From the IMG/VR virus record IMGVR_UViG_3300045988_019467: 43,946 nucleotides of DNA; one strand, given 5' to 3'. The number at the start of each line of letters is the position of its first letter. Within the stretch, counting starts at the first letter, position 1. The position numbers and the translations under genes were made by a program. The stretch is from a virus (taxonomy: Duplodnaviria; Heunggongvirae; Uroviricota; Caudoviricetes). The notes under the pieces were generated by a model that was not told the DNA's origin, made no database searches, and worked only from the letters and a program-made list of their open reading frames with translations. Shown one piece after another: positions 26,328 through 34,524 of this stretch.

Positions 26328-27117
26328 TTACGGCCCCCATGAACGCCTTTATAAATTCAGCGGCTACTTGCGGGACGATAGCATTGCCGTAACCGCGCAG
26401 GCGCCCCACTCTGGCGGGAACCCCATTATCTGACGAGCCATAATCGGGTGGAATGATTCGAGTTTTACCATCTGCTCCTTTGTCGGTTTTCCATTCGGAC
26501 CAAAAGTGTGTAGCCACATCTGGCGATATAGCGTGTCGTTTCTCATCCTCCCATCGTTTCTCATGAATGACCGACTTAAATCCCCTGAATCCCTGTGTGA
26601 CCGTGTTGTAGCGGTAGCCCAGGGTTGCCCCAAAGAAGAGTCTTTCTCTTTTGTGCGGTGCGCCGACGCTACAAGCTGGGAGTACGGCAAACCCGACGGC
26701 GTAGTCTTCTCCTTCCAGGTGAGTTTGTAAATCGCACATCCACGATTTTGCAATTGCTGGCGCAACCTGCTCCCCAAAGAGGACTGGAGGGTGGCACTCG
26801 CTGATGAGGTCGAGGAAGACTGGCGCGAGGTGTCTCGGGTCGAACTGTCCGAGTTGTTTTCCTGCCGCGCTAAACGGTTGGCAAGGCGGGCTTCCCGTCC
26901 AGAGAGGCGTATCTTCCGAAACTCCCGCAAGTCTGAGCGCGAGAGGCCAGCCGCCGATACCAGCGAAAAAATGACACTGGGTGAATCCGTCAAGGTCTTC
27001 TGGTCTAATTTCGGTAATGCTTCTTTCATCTACAACTCCAAAGGGTATTTGACCCTGTTTTATTAATTCACGCAGCCACGCGGCGGCGCCTTTATCCCAT
27101 TCATTGTAATAGTTCAT
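26320..27117 (-). CDS. DNA (cytosine-5) methyltransferase, orphan
   Basis: C5-MTase motif I FFAGIGG, motif IV GSPPCQPFSAAGK (catalytic PCQ), ENV-like GEQV, C-terminal GYGNAIVPQV; no adjacent restriction endonuclease. Confidence 0.7.
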   Translation of the reverse strand: MNYYNEWDKGAAAWLRELIKQGQIPFGVVDERSITEIRPEDLDGFTQCHFFAGIGGWPLALRLAGVSEDTPLWTGSPPCQPFSAAGKQLGQFDPRHLAPVFLDLISECHPPVLFGEQVAPAIAKSWMCDLQTHLEGEDYAVGFAVLPACSVGAPHKRERLFFGATLGYRYNTVTQGFRGFKSVIHEKRWEDEKRHAISPDVATHFWSEWKTDKGADGKTRIIPPDYGSSDNGVPARVGRLRGYGNAIVPQVAAEFIKAFMGAVNE

Positions 27118-27305
27118 TTCGCCACCAGAACTAACTCTTTACGCCCGAACGCCGTAACGTTACCCGTTACATCTTCGATAACCAGTTTCCCGTTCGACTC
27201 GACGAACACCGTATCAACGGCAACAGGACGACGTGTCTTAACGTTGAAAATCATGTCACCCGGTACGATGTCACGTGCTGGTTTGCGGTCATATTCGTGT
27301 TTCAT
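27114..27305 (-). CDS. hypothetical protein
   Basis: 63-aa ORF with start overlapping the downstream MTase gene. Confidence 0.4.
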   Translation of the reverse strand: MKHEYDRKPARDIVPGDMIFNVKTRRPVAVDTVFVESNGKLVIEDVTGNVTAFGRKELVLVAK

Positions 27306-27323
27306 TTCTCAATTCCTTATAGT

Positions 27324-27340
27324 TAAGGCCCCGAAGGGCC
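27324..27340 (-). other. intergenic GC hairpin (AGGCCC-CGAA-GGGCCT), possible attenuator or RNA stability element
   Basis: Stem-loop between two co-oriented genes, without a clear U-tract. Confidence 0.3.
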
Positions 27341-27344
27341 TGTA

Positions 27345-27599
27345 TTAGTTAGATAATTCGGCTTGAACTTGCTTAATAAGTTCTCCAGCCGTTGTGAAAT
27401 CTACAGACAGCCCTTTAGCGACGTCTTCCGCAAGCACCTTGCGGCCAACTGACCCGAAACCGAGAATACGGTTTACTTCCGAAACCTTCATAGACCATGA
27501 GTAATTAGCTGACGCTCCTGTGTATTTACAGATACGAACAGATGAATCGATTGAACCCATAACCATGGTGTTTACTGACAGTTGAAGTTCGATAGCCAT
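27345..27599 (-). CDS. hypothetical protein
   Basis: 84-aa ORF with RBS AAGGAA, downstream of class-2 promoter copy 7. Confidence 0.4.
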   Translation of the reverse strand: MAIELQLSVNTMVMGSIDSSVRICKYTGASANYSWSMKVSEVNRILGFGSVGRKVLAEDVAKGLSVDFTTAGELIKQVQAELSN

Positions 27600-27600
27600 T

Positions 27601-27918
27601 TTATAATTCCTTATATTGTTGGGGTATGTGCTTACTATAATAGTTCGCTATTAGGGTGTCAACCTGTTTTATCGAACCAACGACAAAAACATTTGCACCG
27701 CGTTTACGCATACGCTCATGCTCTCGTAACTGGTGGGGGTCTGGCTTCGTGTTTTCGTCTTTCTTAACCTCGACGAACCAGACGATGCTGTAGGGGAGAA
27801 TTACCAGCAGGTCAGGAGCGCCCACTCTATTTTCGTAGGAAAGTTTACGAACGAGGCCCCCCAGGGCCTCGAATCGCTCTTTTGCGTATTTCTGCACGCG
27901 CCCCTCAGGCGTACTCAT
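27601..27918 (-). CDS. VRR-NUC domain nuclease (PD-(D/E)xK fold)
   Basis: PD...(D/E)xK-like signature (GAPDLLVIL ... VEVKK) in an approximately 105-aa protein; start taken at ATG 27918. Confidence 0.55.
   Translation of the reverse strand: MSTPEGRVQKYAKERFEALGGLVRKLSYENRVGAPDLLVILPYSIVWFVEVKKDENTKPDPHQLREHERMRKRGANVFVVGSIKQVDTLIANYYSKHIPQQYKEL
27623..27662 (-). promoter_or_regulatory. class-2 promoter, copy 7 (minus strand: TTGACACC-N12-TATTATAGT), inside the 3' end of the VRR-NUC CDS
   Basis: Minus-strand TTGACA (plus 27657..27662) and TATAGT (plus 27634..27639) with about 18-bp spacer; near-identical elements at 31214..31242 and 34199..34228. Confidence 0.5.
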
Positions 27919-27994
27919 AATACACACCCCTCACGTTTCGTATGTTCAATCCCGCAGCGCGGACAGATTCGACAGTCTTCTTCGTAGAACCAAT

Positions 27995-28132
27995 AAATTT
28001 TCACTCCATCACCCACAGATAAATTGCGATGAACATGCCCAATACAGCAACCATCATGCTGTATTGACTCTCGTGACAGTAGACACCGGCGGCGAATCCC
28101 GCCAGTACCGCAATAATCAGTTTACTTGGCAT
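27995..28132 (-). CDS. small hydrophobic protein (putative, very short)
   Basis: 45-aa ORF with two hydrophobic segments between the DNA polymerase and VRR-NUC genes; too short for confident calling. Confidence 0.2.
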
Positions 28133-30323
28133 AGCGTTTTAACTCCTGACCTTCTGCTACAAGAGGGAACCCTTCAGCCCACTCAGGCAACGCGCACATT
28201 AATTTTTCCAGTTCAGCCACCGTGTACTCGGGGGTGTCCGGAGTTTCACATACCAGTTCATCGTGTACCGAAAGCACGATGGGGTACCCGCCGCCCTCAA
28301 CATTAATCATCGCATATGCGAGTAAATCACGGCACAGCGCCTGAACAATGTTTTCGCAGGCTTTGCCGCCGTGGGTGTACAGGGTAGTCCATTGACGGGT
28401 TAACTGGTTTTCGCCCTGATACTTGATTCGCACATTCGTATTCACCCGTCCATCTTCATCTGTTTCCTTTGTCACACTAACGCCGATTCCCGGATACGAG
28501 AGGACGCGACCTGACGGCAACTCCATGCATAACCACCAACCAGGAACCTTCCTGCCGGATGAATCAAATTCTACCGTACGCCATATGCGGATAGCCCTTC
28601 CCCCCTTCCTGCGCAAGTGTGCTCCCGCCCAAAATTCACGACCAGGATTACGAACAGCGGCTAAAATTCCGTCTTTAAGGTCGCGCCAGAACGCTACTGT
28701 TTCCGGGTGTGACTCGCGCCACATACGCTTGATTGCGTCGCAGGTACGCCACACCTTCTTGTCCAGAATATACGACGGTCGGTCGTCCTTTTCACCAGGA
28801 TGTGGTGGTCGCTTTGCTTCCTGGATACGCGCCCATTCATAACCACGTGCAGTAGCCGCCCATATATGATCAGGGAAAGTCCCGTCCATTGTTTTTGCCA
28901 TCTCAATAAGGTCAAGACCTAAATTTTTAGCGAACGTAACGAACGCTCCGACGCCCCCCTCGTAGCCGAGGCCAAGCTCGCAGGCCTTGCCTATCTGTCT
29001 GATTTCCTTGAAGTTTTTCTTAATATCATCTGGGTCCATGCCGAACATCTTACCCGCGGTTACACAGTAAATATCAAGGCCGGCGCGGAACGTATCGAGC
29101 GCGGTTTCTTCACCGGCTAGCCACGCTAAACCGCGACCTTCGACGTTAGAATAATCGGCAACAACAAACTTATGTCCTGCTTCCGGTATGATGCAGCTAC
29201 GCACTGTCGACGCCGTTAGCTTGGCTACGTCGAAACGGCGATGAGCACGACCCTTAAGTAACGCAGAAATGCCTTTATCCAGTTCATCATCGTGATAGTA
29301 ACCGCGCGCCAGGTTCTGTGGCTGGAAGCCTTTACCTGCCCATCGCAGGGTACGTTTTGCTCCGCCGTACTGTAAGCAACCGCGGCGTCGGTCGTCCGAA
29401 GAGCGACCCAACAGCAGCGGGTTATATTTCGTTGATGCGGTGGACGCAGCCCCGAGGCGCATTTCGATAATCGCGCGGGCGTCGTCCGGTAAATCGTCGT
29501 TGGCAAGCAGGTCGTTAAGCGTTGACTTCTGCGCGTTGTGGATTCGGTGTGCTGGTGCGAGTTCCCGCAAAATAGGCAGAAAGTCCTTTCCAGTAAGCGA
29601 GCCGCCGTATTTGCGCTGTGCTTCTTCCTGTAACTGCGCTTTGTGTTTCTCCACGGCTTCAATCGCGGCTTCCGCCAGTGCGACGTCAACCTTAAAGCCT
29701 CGGTCGTTGATTAACTGGTCCAGTTCCAGCACACGGTCCTCAAACTCGGAGTTACCCCAACGCGGCAGCTTATGGAAGACTTCACGCATTGCGGTGATGT
29801 CGCTAACGGCGTACTTGATGAACAGCGCCCACTCGTCTGGGTGCGTTTCTGCGGTGTAACGGCGGATTTTGTAGTTCTTCGGTGTTGGTTTAGAGAAACG
29901 CTGAATCAGCGCCTTACCGCGTTTGTCTTTTGCATTGTCCGCGGATACGCCAAGCACTTCGCACAAGGCATCAAGAGAACCCGGCAGCGCGTGACGAAAC
30001 GCCCAAATCATCGTATCAATGGTGTTGCTCACCGGAATATCAAAGTCCCAACAGTGCTTCATGATGAGCCTGTCGAACATTGATCCGTTGTGCCACACCA
30101 TCTTGATACGGCTGTTCGGCTTAACCAGGCGGCGTAGAGCGCGGTGCAAATCCCCCGGCATGTCGCTGCCATCGGTGCAATCCCACACCTGCACAGGCTC
30201 GTCATCGAAAGCATAGGTACAGATTAGCACTTCGGTAGTTGGGTGTTCTGCGTAAGCATAGGAACCGACTTTCTTTAAATCGGCTTCGGAGAATGTTTCA
30301 AAGTCCAGGTATAAGTAGCTCAT
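28122..30323 (-). CDS. DNA polymerase, family A (Pol I-like) with N-terminal 3'-5' exonuclease domain
   Basis: N-terminal exonuclease motif LYLDFETFS (DxE); C-terminal polymerase motif C (VLSVHDELVCE); 733 aa. Confidence 0.8.
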   Translation of the reverse strand: MSYLYLDFETFSEADLKKVGSYAYAEHPTTEVLICTYAFDDEPVQVWDCTDGSDMPGDLHRALRRLVKPNSRIKMVWHNGSMFDRLIMKHCWDFDIPVSNTIDTMIWAFRHALPGSLDALCEVLGVSADNAKDKRGKALIQRFSKPTPKNYKIRRYTAETHPDEWALFIKYAVSDITAMREVFHKLPRWGNSEFEDRVLELDQLINDRGFKVDVALAEAAIEAVEKHKAQLQEEAQRKYGGSLTGKDFLPILRELAPAHRIHNAQKSTLNDLLANDDLPDDARAIIEMRLGAASTASTKYNPLLLGRSSDDRRRGCLQYGGAKRTLRWAGKGFQPQNLARGYYHDDELDKGISALLKGRAHRRFDVAKLTASTVRSCIIPEAGHKFVVADYSNVEGRGLAWLAGEETALDTFRAGLDIYCVTAGKMFGMDPDDIKKNFKEIRQIGKACELGLGYEGGVGAFVTFAKNLGLDLIEMAKTMDGTFPDHIWAATARGYEWARIQEAKRPPHPGEKDDRPSYILDKKVWRTCDAIKRMWRESHPETVAFWRDLKDGILAAVRNPGREFWAGAHLRRKGGRAIRIWRTVEFDSSGRKVPGWWLCMELPSGRVLSYPGIGVSVTKETDEDGRVNTNVRIKYQGENQLTRQWTTLYTHGGKACENIVQALCRDLLAYAMINVEGGGYPIVLSVHDELVCETPDTPEYTVAELEKLMCALPEWAEGFPLVAEGQELKRYAK

Positions 30324-30475
30324 TTCTTTTTCCTTAAATCCAGTGCCTTCGTTTCACTTAATCTTATTTTCATACAATCACGGCAAATCCACACATGCCT
30401 GTACCCGGCCCGGTACTCATCTGCGTACCACGGAAGCGGTTTCATATAGCGGTATACGTGCTTACAGAAAATCAT
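30320..30475 (-). CDS. small Cys-containing (zinc-ribbon-like) hypothetical protein
   Basis: 51-aa ORF whose stop overlaps the DNA polymerase ATG (ATGA); contains C-x25-C-x2-C. Confidence 0.3.
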   Translation of the reverse strand: MIFCKHVYRYMKPLPWYADEYRAGYRHVWICRDCMKIRLSETKALDLRKKK

Positions 30476-30495
30476 TATTTTCGACCCTTAGTAAA

Positions 30496-30515
30496 AAGGC
30501 CCAATGAAGGGCCTT
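30496..30515 (-). terminator. intrinsic terminator-like hairpin after the SSB-like gene
   Basis: AAGGCCC/GGGCCTT stem followed on the minus strand by TTTTTAC. Confidence 0.4.
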
Positions 30516-30534
30516 AGTTAAATTGATTCAGATA

Positions 30535-31161
30535 TTAACGGCGACGACGTTCACGGCGTGGTGCTCCATCTTCTTCGTCGTCTTCCAGGTCGTCGACACT
30601 TGCGGCGACTTTAGAGCCGCCGAACGCTTTACCTTCGCCGACGTATTTAATGGCCAGCAGGTTAACGCCGAGAACTTTGTATTTCTGGCTAAACCAGATT
30701 TCAACGCTTACGTTGGCAACACAGCCACTGTAAACCTGTTCGCCTTCAATCTGTTCTCCGTCTACATTAAAGTCCTGCTCTACCTGAGTCTCACCTTTTT
30801 TAGAGGTTACAATCAGTGGCTGTTTCTGTGCCTTCGCTTTGAAGTAGAATCCTTCCGGGAAATCTTCAAACGGATTGTCGCGCTCAGCAATATCTTTAAT
30901 CGCACATTTATCCATGTGCTTACCCTCGCCGTAGTTGGATTTCATCCATTTCTCGGCAGCGGCTGCGCCTAACGCTTCTTCAACTACGGCGTAAACAGTG
31001 TCGTAGAGCGCATCGATTTGAGCATGGTCAGACGGCAGGATAATAGTCGCGCTGTACTGGCCTTTAGTGATTGAGCCATCATCGTTTTCACGGTCTTTTT
31101 CGCGTTCGAATACGTTAACCCATGCAGTGTTTACTTTACGCAGATTCAGTTTCAGTCCCAT
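30535..31161 (-). CDS. single-stranded DNA-binding protein, T7 gp2.5-like (putative)
   Basis: Size, position upstream of the DNA polymerase, and an FGG-plus-acidic stretch (AFGGSKVAASVDDLEDDEEDG) recalled as similar to the gp2.5 C-terminal region; basic extreme C-terminus is atypical. Confidence 0.4.
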   Translation of the reverse strand: MGLKLNLRKVNTAWVNVFEREKDRENDDGSITKGQYSATIILPSDHAQIDALYDTVYAVVEEALGAAAAEKWMKSNYGEGKHMDKCAIKDIAERDNPFEDFPEGFYFKAKAQKQPLIVTSKKGETQVEQDFNVDGEQIEGEQVYSGCVANVSVEIWFSQKYKVLGVNLLAIKYVGEGKAFGGSKVAASVDDLEDDEEDGAPRRERRRR

Positions 31162-31213
31162 TTGATTTCTCGCTTTTAAGTTTACTCCGGGAGCTGCCCG
31201 GCCAGTGATTAGA

Positions 31214-31242
31214 ACTATAATAGCTAACTATTCAGGTGTCAA
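31214..31242 (-). promoter_or_regulatory. class-2 promoter, copy 8 (minus strand: TTGACACC-N12-TATTATAGT)
   Basis: Minus-strand TTGACA (plus 31237..31242) and TATAGT (plus 31214..31219); about 50 nt upstream of the SSB-like ATG at 31161. Confidence 0.5.
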
Positions 31243-31397
31243 CGCTTAATTTTAGAAACTTTCTCACACCAAAGAAAATAGCGCTCGATTGACTCACTAT
31301 CGCGAAGTTTACGGTCTACCCACGCGATAGACGAAGTGAACGCGCCTATTACTATAAAAGGAGAAACAAGCGCCCAATACTTAATTTTACGAATCAT
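31239..31397 (-). CDS. small membrane protein (one TM helix)
   Basis: 52-aa ORF with hydrophobic core (YWALVSPFIVIGAFTSSIAWV); ATG overlaps the stop of the upstream gene (ATGA). Confidence 0.35.
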   Translation of the reverse strand: MIRKIKYWALVSPFIVIGAFTSSIAWVDRKLRDSESIERYFLWCEKVSKIKR

Positions 31398-32644
31398 TCT
31401 AAATCCTCCTCTGTTACCTGATTCCACTCAGGCCGTTTGTCGTCTGCCGCTGCAACACATGGTGCCCCCGGCTTGCGTGTGATAAATGGCTCAAGCGCAG
31501 CCATCTCGTCCGCCGACAGAACTTTGGCGGCTTCTGTTGGTGACATCAAAACCTCTTTTTTGAGGATATCGCCGTGTGAAACTTCAATCGCGTCCGCGTC
31601 TTTCCACGCACGATTACCAGGGCGACCCTCAACCAGCTTGTACCCCGGCACTTTCTTGCCGGAATGCAACGCGGCAGACATCGCTTTCTCAACCTTGTCG
31701 ATGTGCTGGCGCAACAACGGCAGCTTCTCATACTCAGTTACGAGTTGCTCCGGTGTCAGTTCCGGCGCAAAGTCGTCTTCAAGTTCTTCCGCCAGCACCG
31801 CGTTAACGGTTTTTGTACGCGCAGCACACTGTTCAGAGAACCGGCACCACTGACAACCACCGACAGACGGCCTGAAGTCAGACGCTTTCAGATTCTTCTT
31901 GCCACGGAAATACGCATCAAGAGCCAACAGTGCACGTTTCTGCGCAAACTTAGCGAACAGTTCCAGACCTTCAACCGAGATGTCCCACTCCGACGCACCG
32001 CCAGCATACGGCTGGAAGATGACCAGACGAACCACGGTGATGTTATAACGCCTCTTTAGTCGGCGATAAACACCGAGAGCGTAAAGCATAAGCTGCTTGT
32101 TTTCTTTCGCTTCGACACGATGCCGCCCGGTTTTCAGGTCGCCGACGGTAAGCATGTGCTCGTCAGTGTTAGCCAATTCCTGAACGGCAACAAGGTCAGC
32201 GGTTCCGAACGTCTCAACGCCTTCGTAACCGGGATGCAATACCTCAGTAAGATTGACACGCATTTCCAGCTTGGCGTAAGTCGCTACATCGATAATCGCT
32301 TTGCAGTAGTCGGTATACTTGCGTACCTGCTCAATCATATCAGCCGTAATCAGTACCGCGCCTTTCATCGGACTGATTAGCGCCTTAATCTGGCCTTTAC
32401 CCTCATCCAGCACATAAGCACCGACTTCACGCTCTAACGGCAACGCAGTACCTTTGATGTACTGATTTAAATGGACCTCGGCTATGGTGTGACACGCGGT
32501 CCCTGTAACGGCAGCTTTACCAGACGTGTTAGGAATATCTTTTTCACAGGCCAGTGATGCACTGCACGTCAGCCACTTCTTAGCACCTGACGGCGATAAT
32601 AAGGCGTGCACATCGTTATTGCCACCGCGTTCTTTTAGAATCAT
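31394..32644 (-). CDS. PD-(D/E)xK exonuclease, Cas4-like (DUF2800-type) with C-terminal Cys cluster
   Basis: N-terminal HALLSPSGAKKWLTCSASL signature; C-terminal Cys cluster (GGCQWCRFSEQC) as in Cas4/AddB-type Fe-S nucleases. Confidence 0.6.
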   Translation of the reverse strand: MILKERGGNNDVHALLSPSGAKKWLTCSASLACEKDIPNTSGKAAVTGTACHTIAEVHLNQYIKGTALPLEREVGAYVLDEGKGQIKALISPMKGAVLITADMIEQVRKYTDYCKAIIDVATYAKLEMRVNLTEVLHPGYEGVETFGTADLVAVQELANTDEHMLTVGDLKTGRHRVEAKENKQLMLYALGVYRRLKRRYNITVVRLVIFQPYAGGASEWDISVEGLELFAKFAQKRALLALDAYFRGKKNLKASDFRPSVGGCQWCRFSEQCAARTKTVNAVLAEELEDDFAPELTPEQLVTEYEKLPLLRQHIDKVEKAMSAALHSGKKVPGYKLVEGRPGNRAWKDADAIEVSHGDILKKEVLMSPTEAAKVLSADEMAALEPFITRKPGAPCVAAADDKRPEWNQVTEEDLE

Positions 32645-33153
32645 TTCTCAGCCCCGTTAACTGTAAACCCATATTTAATCTCGGCTTGCCTACGAGCCTT
32701 AGCCGCGTTCTCTAACTTATCGTAGGCCCCTAAATAAATCGGCCTGCCGTCTACATAAATTCTCGCGACCCACTTACCGTAGCGTTTATGAAACCCAACA
32801 CCTTTAACCCCTGAAGTATTGTCCGTCCGTATGTTGGTGCCGTGTGCGATACTACCTCGGCGCATTTTTATAAGATTTTCTATTCTGTTATCAGTTCTAT
32901 CTTTATTTTTATGACGAATTACTTCCCCCGGCGCTATCGGCCCGTTAAACATCTCCCAAACTACGTGGTGGATAAGTTTAGTAGTCCCGTTAAAACGTAG
33001 TATTTTAAATTCACTCCCGTCGTTGTCCTCCCTCGTACTGCCAGCTTCTTGCCCTATTTTTACAGATTTTGACGGACTTATTTTCCAAAATAATTTACCG
33101 GTATCAGGGTCATAGTCAAAAACTTCATGCCAATTCATACTCTGCTCTCCCAC
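32641..33153 (-). CDS. HNH homing endonuclease with AP2-type DNA-binding domain
   Basis: HNH-like motif (IRHKNKDRTDNRIENL) and AP2-like segment (GVKGVGFHKRYGKWVARIYVDGRPIYLGAY). Confidence 0.65.
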   Translation of the reverse strand: MGEQSMNWHEVFDYDPDTGKLFWKISPSKSVKIGQEAGSTREDNDGSEFKILRFNGTTKLIHHVVWEMFNGPIAPGEVIRHKNKDRTDNRIENLIKMRRGSIAHGTNIRTDNTSGVKGVGFHKRYGKWVARIYVDGRPIYLGAYDKLENAAKARRQAEIKYGFTVNGAEK

Positions 33154-33407
33154 TGGTCAATTAAATGTCGTGTCTGGTGGTGGCAATGCATCGCCCATCC
33201 ATACATCGACTCGAAGACATAAAAGTCAGGTTTGGCGAAAGTCGTGCGCTTAATCTGCGACACGTGACGGCCTATATCTTTAGGCCGTGGTACTTTGCCT
33301 AAGTACGCCATCTCTTCCATCTGGTGCGCACCGGACGGCGCGCGCAACAGCCATAACGCCTCTGTGTTATCCCGCCGGTCAACGGCGCGGTAGAGTTGGT
33401 AAATCAT
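33135..33407 (-). CDS. hypothetical protein
   Basis: Start set at internal ATG 33407 (RBS GAGGG) to avoid overlap with the upstream gene; His/Cys-containing C-terminus. Confidence 0.35.
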   Translation of the reverse strand: MIYQLYRAVDRRDNTEALWLLRAPSGAHQMEEMAYLGKVPRPKDIGRHVSQIKRTTFAKPDFYVFESMYGWAMHCHHQTRHLIDQWESRV

Positions 33408-33419
33408 AATTCTGACCCT

Positions 33420-33443
33420 CAGTTTGGTGCCCTCAATAGCGAG
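33420..33443 (-). other. perfect 9-bp stem hairpin (GGTGCCCTC-N6-GAGGGCACC) in intergenic spacer
   Basis: Perfect inverted repeat between two co-oriented minus-strand genes; no U-tract. Confidence 0.35.
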
Positions 33444-33462
33444 GGCACCATAAGTTAAGTAG

Positions 33463-33990
33463 TTATTCTTCTTCGAAATACTTGTTCTTGATTGCCGTGA
33501 GGCGTTCCAGATATTCAGCCAGGTCTTCGTCTTTAATCGCGGCAATCTTCATTTTCTTACCGGTGAACTCTTCCAGTATTTCATCGGAATCGTCGCACGC
33601 GGCATCGCTCGGACCTTCGTTAATCGCATCGTCGATAGCCTGAATCTGGTCACGCAGAGACTGGTAATCGACTTCTTCTTCCGGCTCCGGTGTTGGTTCC
33701 TCTACAGGTTTAGGGGCTGGTTTTGATTTGCCAGGCTTGCGTTTCGGCTTCTCATCTTCTGCCGGTTTAGTGTCAACGACGTCTTCACCTTCAACCGGGA
33801 TTTCTTTCGCCTTCTCGACTTCTTCAAGTGCTTTAGCCAGTTCTTTTTTAACTGTCTCTACCCCCGTTACCGCGACGTCAACAGTCAATTCACCTACAGA
33901 TTTATTAGTCGGTTGTTTCACACTGTTCGCAGCAATCAGTTCATGCGCAACTACGAAACGTTCCAGTAATACTAAGAATTTCTCTAACAT
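33463..33990 (-). CDS. hypothetical acidic, Pro/Glu/Lys-rich protein
   Basis: 175-aa ORF with low-complexity PKPx/EEE region; stop and start coupled to neighbours. Confidence 0.45.
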   Translation of the reverse strand: MLEKFLVLLERFVVAHELIAANSVKQPTNKSVGELTVDVAVTGVETVKKELAKALEEVEKAKEIPVEGEDVVDTKPAEDEKPKRKPGKSKPAPKPVEEPTPEPEEEVDYQSLRDQIQAIDDAINEGPSDAACDDSDEILEEFTGKKMKIAAIKDEDLAEYLERLTAIKNKYFEEE

Positions 33991-34166
33991 TATTTGTTCT
34001 CCTGTTCGGCGATATTGTTAAGTTCTTTAAGAATGTCTTTCTGCATGTTTTCGGGTAAGAAACGGAATGCCTGAGTAATCATACCTTCAACATCCCCACG
34101 TCCTTCTAGGATGACGTTGGGAAACCACACTTTCCAGTTAGCATCATAATCTTTACGTTTAGCCAT
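33990..34166 (-). CDS. small hypothetical protein (first gene of leftward operon)
   Basis: 58-aa ORF with RBS GAGAGGAAAG downstream of class-2 promoter copy 6; stop overlaps the next ATG (TAATG). Confidence 0.4.
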   Translation of the reverse strand: MAKRKDYDANWKVWFPNVILEGRGDVEGMITQAFRFLPENMQKDILKELNNIAEQENK

Positions 34167-34187
34167 TTTGTTTCTTTCCTCTCGTTT

Positions 34188-34228
34188 GGTATGTGCTAAC
34201 TATAATAGCGAACTATTCATGGTGTCAA
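34188..34228 (-). promoter_or_regulatory. class-2 promoter, copy 6 (minus strand: TTGACACC-N13-TATTATAGT)
   Basis: Minus-strand TTGACA (plus 34223..34228) and TATAGT (plus 34199..34204); divergent from the Cro-like gene. Confidence 0.5.
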
Positions 34229-34292
34229 TGGGCTTTTCTAAAATAATTAATATGGTACTATTCACATATCAACTGACTAAGGAGTAATTGAC

Positions 34293-34508
34293 ATGCAACC
34301 ATCTGAACTAGGCATCCGTGTAGAACAACGCCGTAAAGAACTCGGTATCTCCCAGCGCCGTCTGGCTGTCCTGACCGGCGTTTCTCAGGGCGCGATTAAC
34401 CAACTGGCACTTGGGGTAACTCAGGACGTCCGCCCGGCGACGCTGTTTAAACTGGCGGAAGTGCTGGAAGTAGACGCTAAGTGGCTGGCGTTCGGTGAAG
34501 GGGCTTAA
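34293..34508 (+). CDS. XRE-family HTH transcriptional regulator (Cro/CI-like)
   Basis: Classic HTH_XRE pattern (ELGISQRRLAVLTGVSQGAINQLALG); RBS AAGGAG; transcribed opposite to the surrounding replication operon. Confidence 0.7.
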   Translation: MQPSELGIRVEQRRKELGISQRRLAVLTGVSQGAINQLALGVTQDVRPATLFKLAEVLEVDAKWLAFGEGA

Positions 34509-34524
34509 TGCCCCTTTCTTTTTA
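34498..34524 (+). terminator. intrinsic terminator of the Cro-like gene
   Basis: AAGGGGC-TTAAT-GCCCCTT stem overlapping the stop codon, followed by TCTTTTTA. Confidence 0.5.

Noticed and set aside
26364-27029. 221-aa ORF in an alternative frame on the same strand as the methyltransferase gene
   Set aside because: Nested out of frame within the ORF that carries the canonical C5-MTase motifs; Ser/Arg-rich low-complexity translation.
29225-29859. ORFs of 154 aa (minus strand, alternative frame) and 139 aa (plus strand) inside the DNA polymerase gene
   Set aside because: Both lie within the DNA polymerase coding region (28122..30323), whose frame carries recognisable exonuclease and polymerase motifs.
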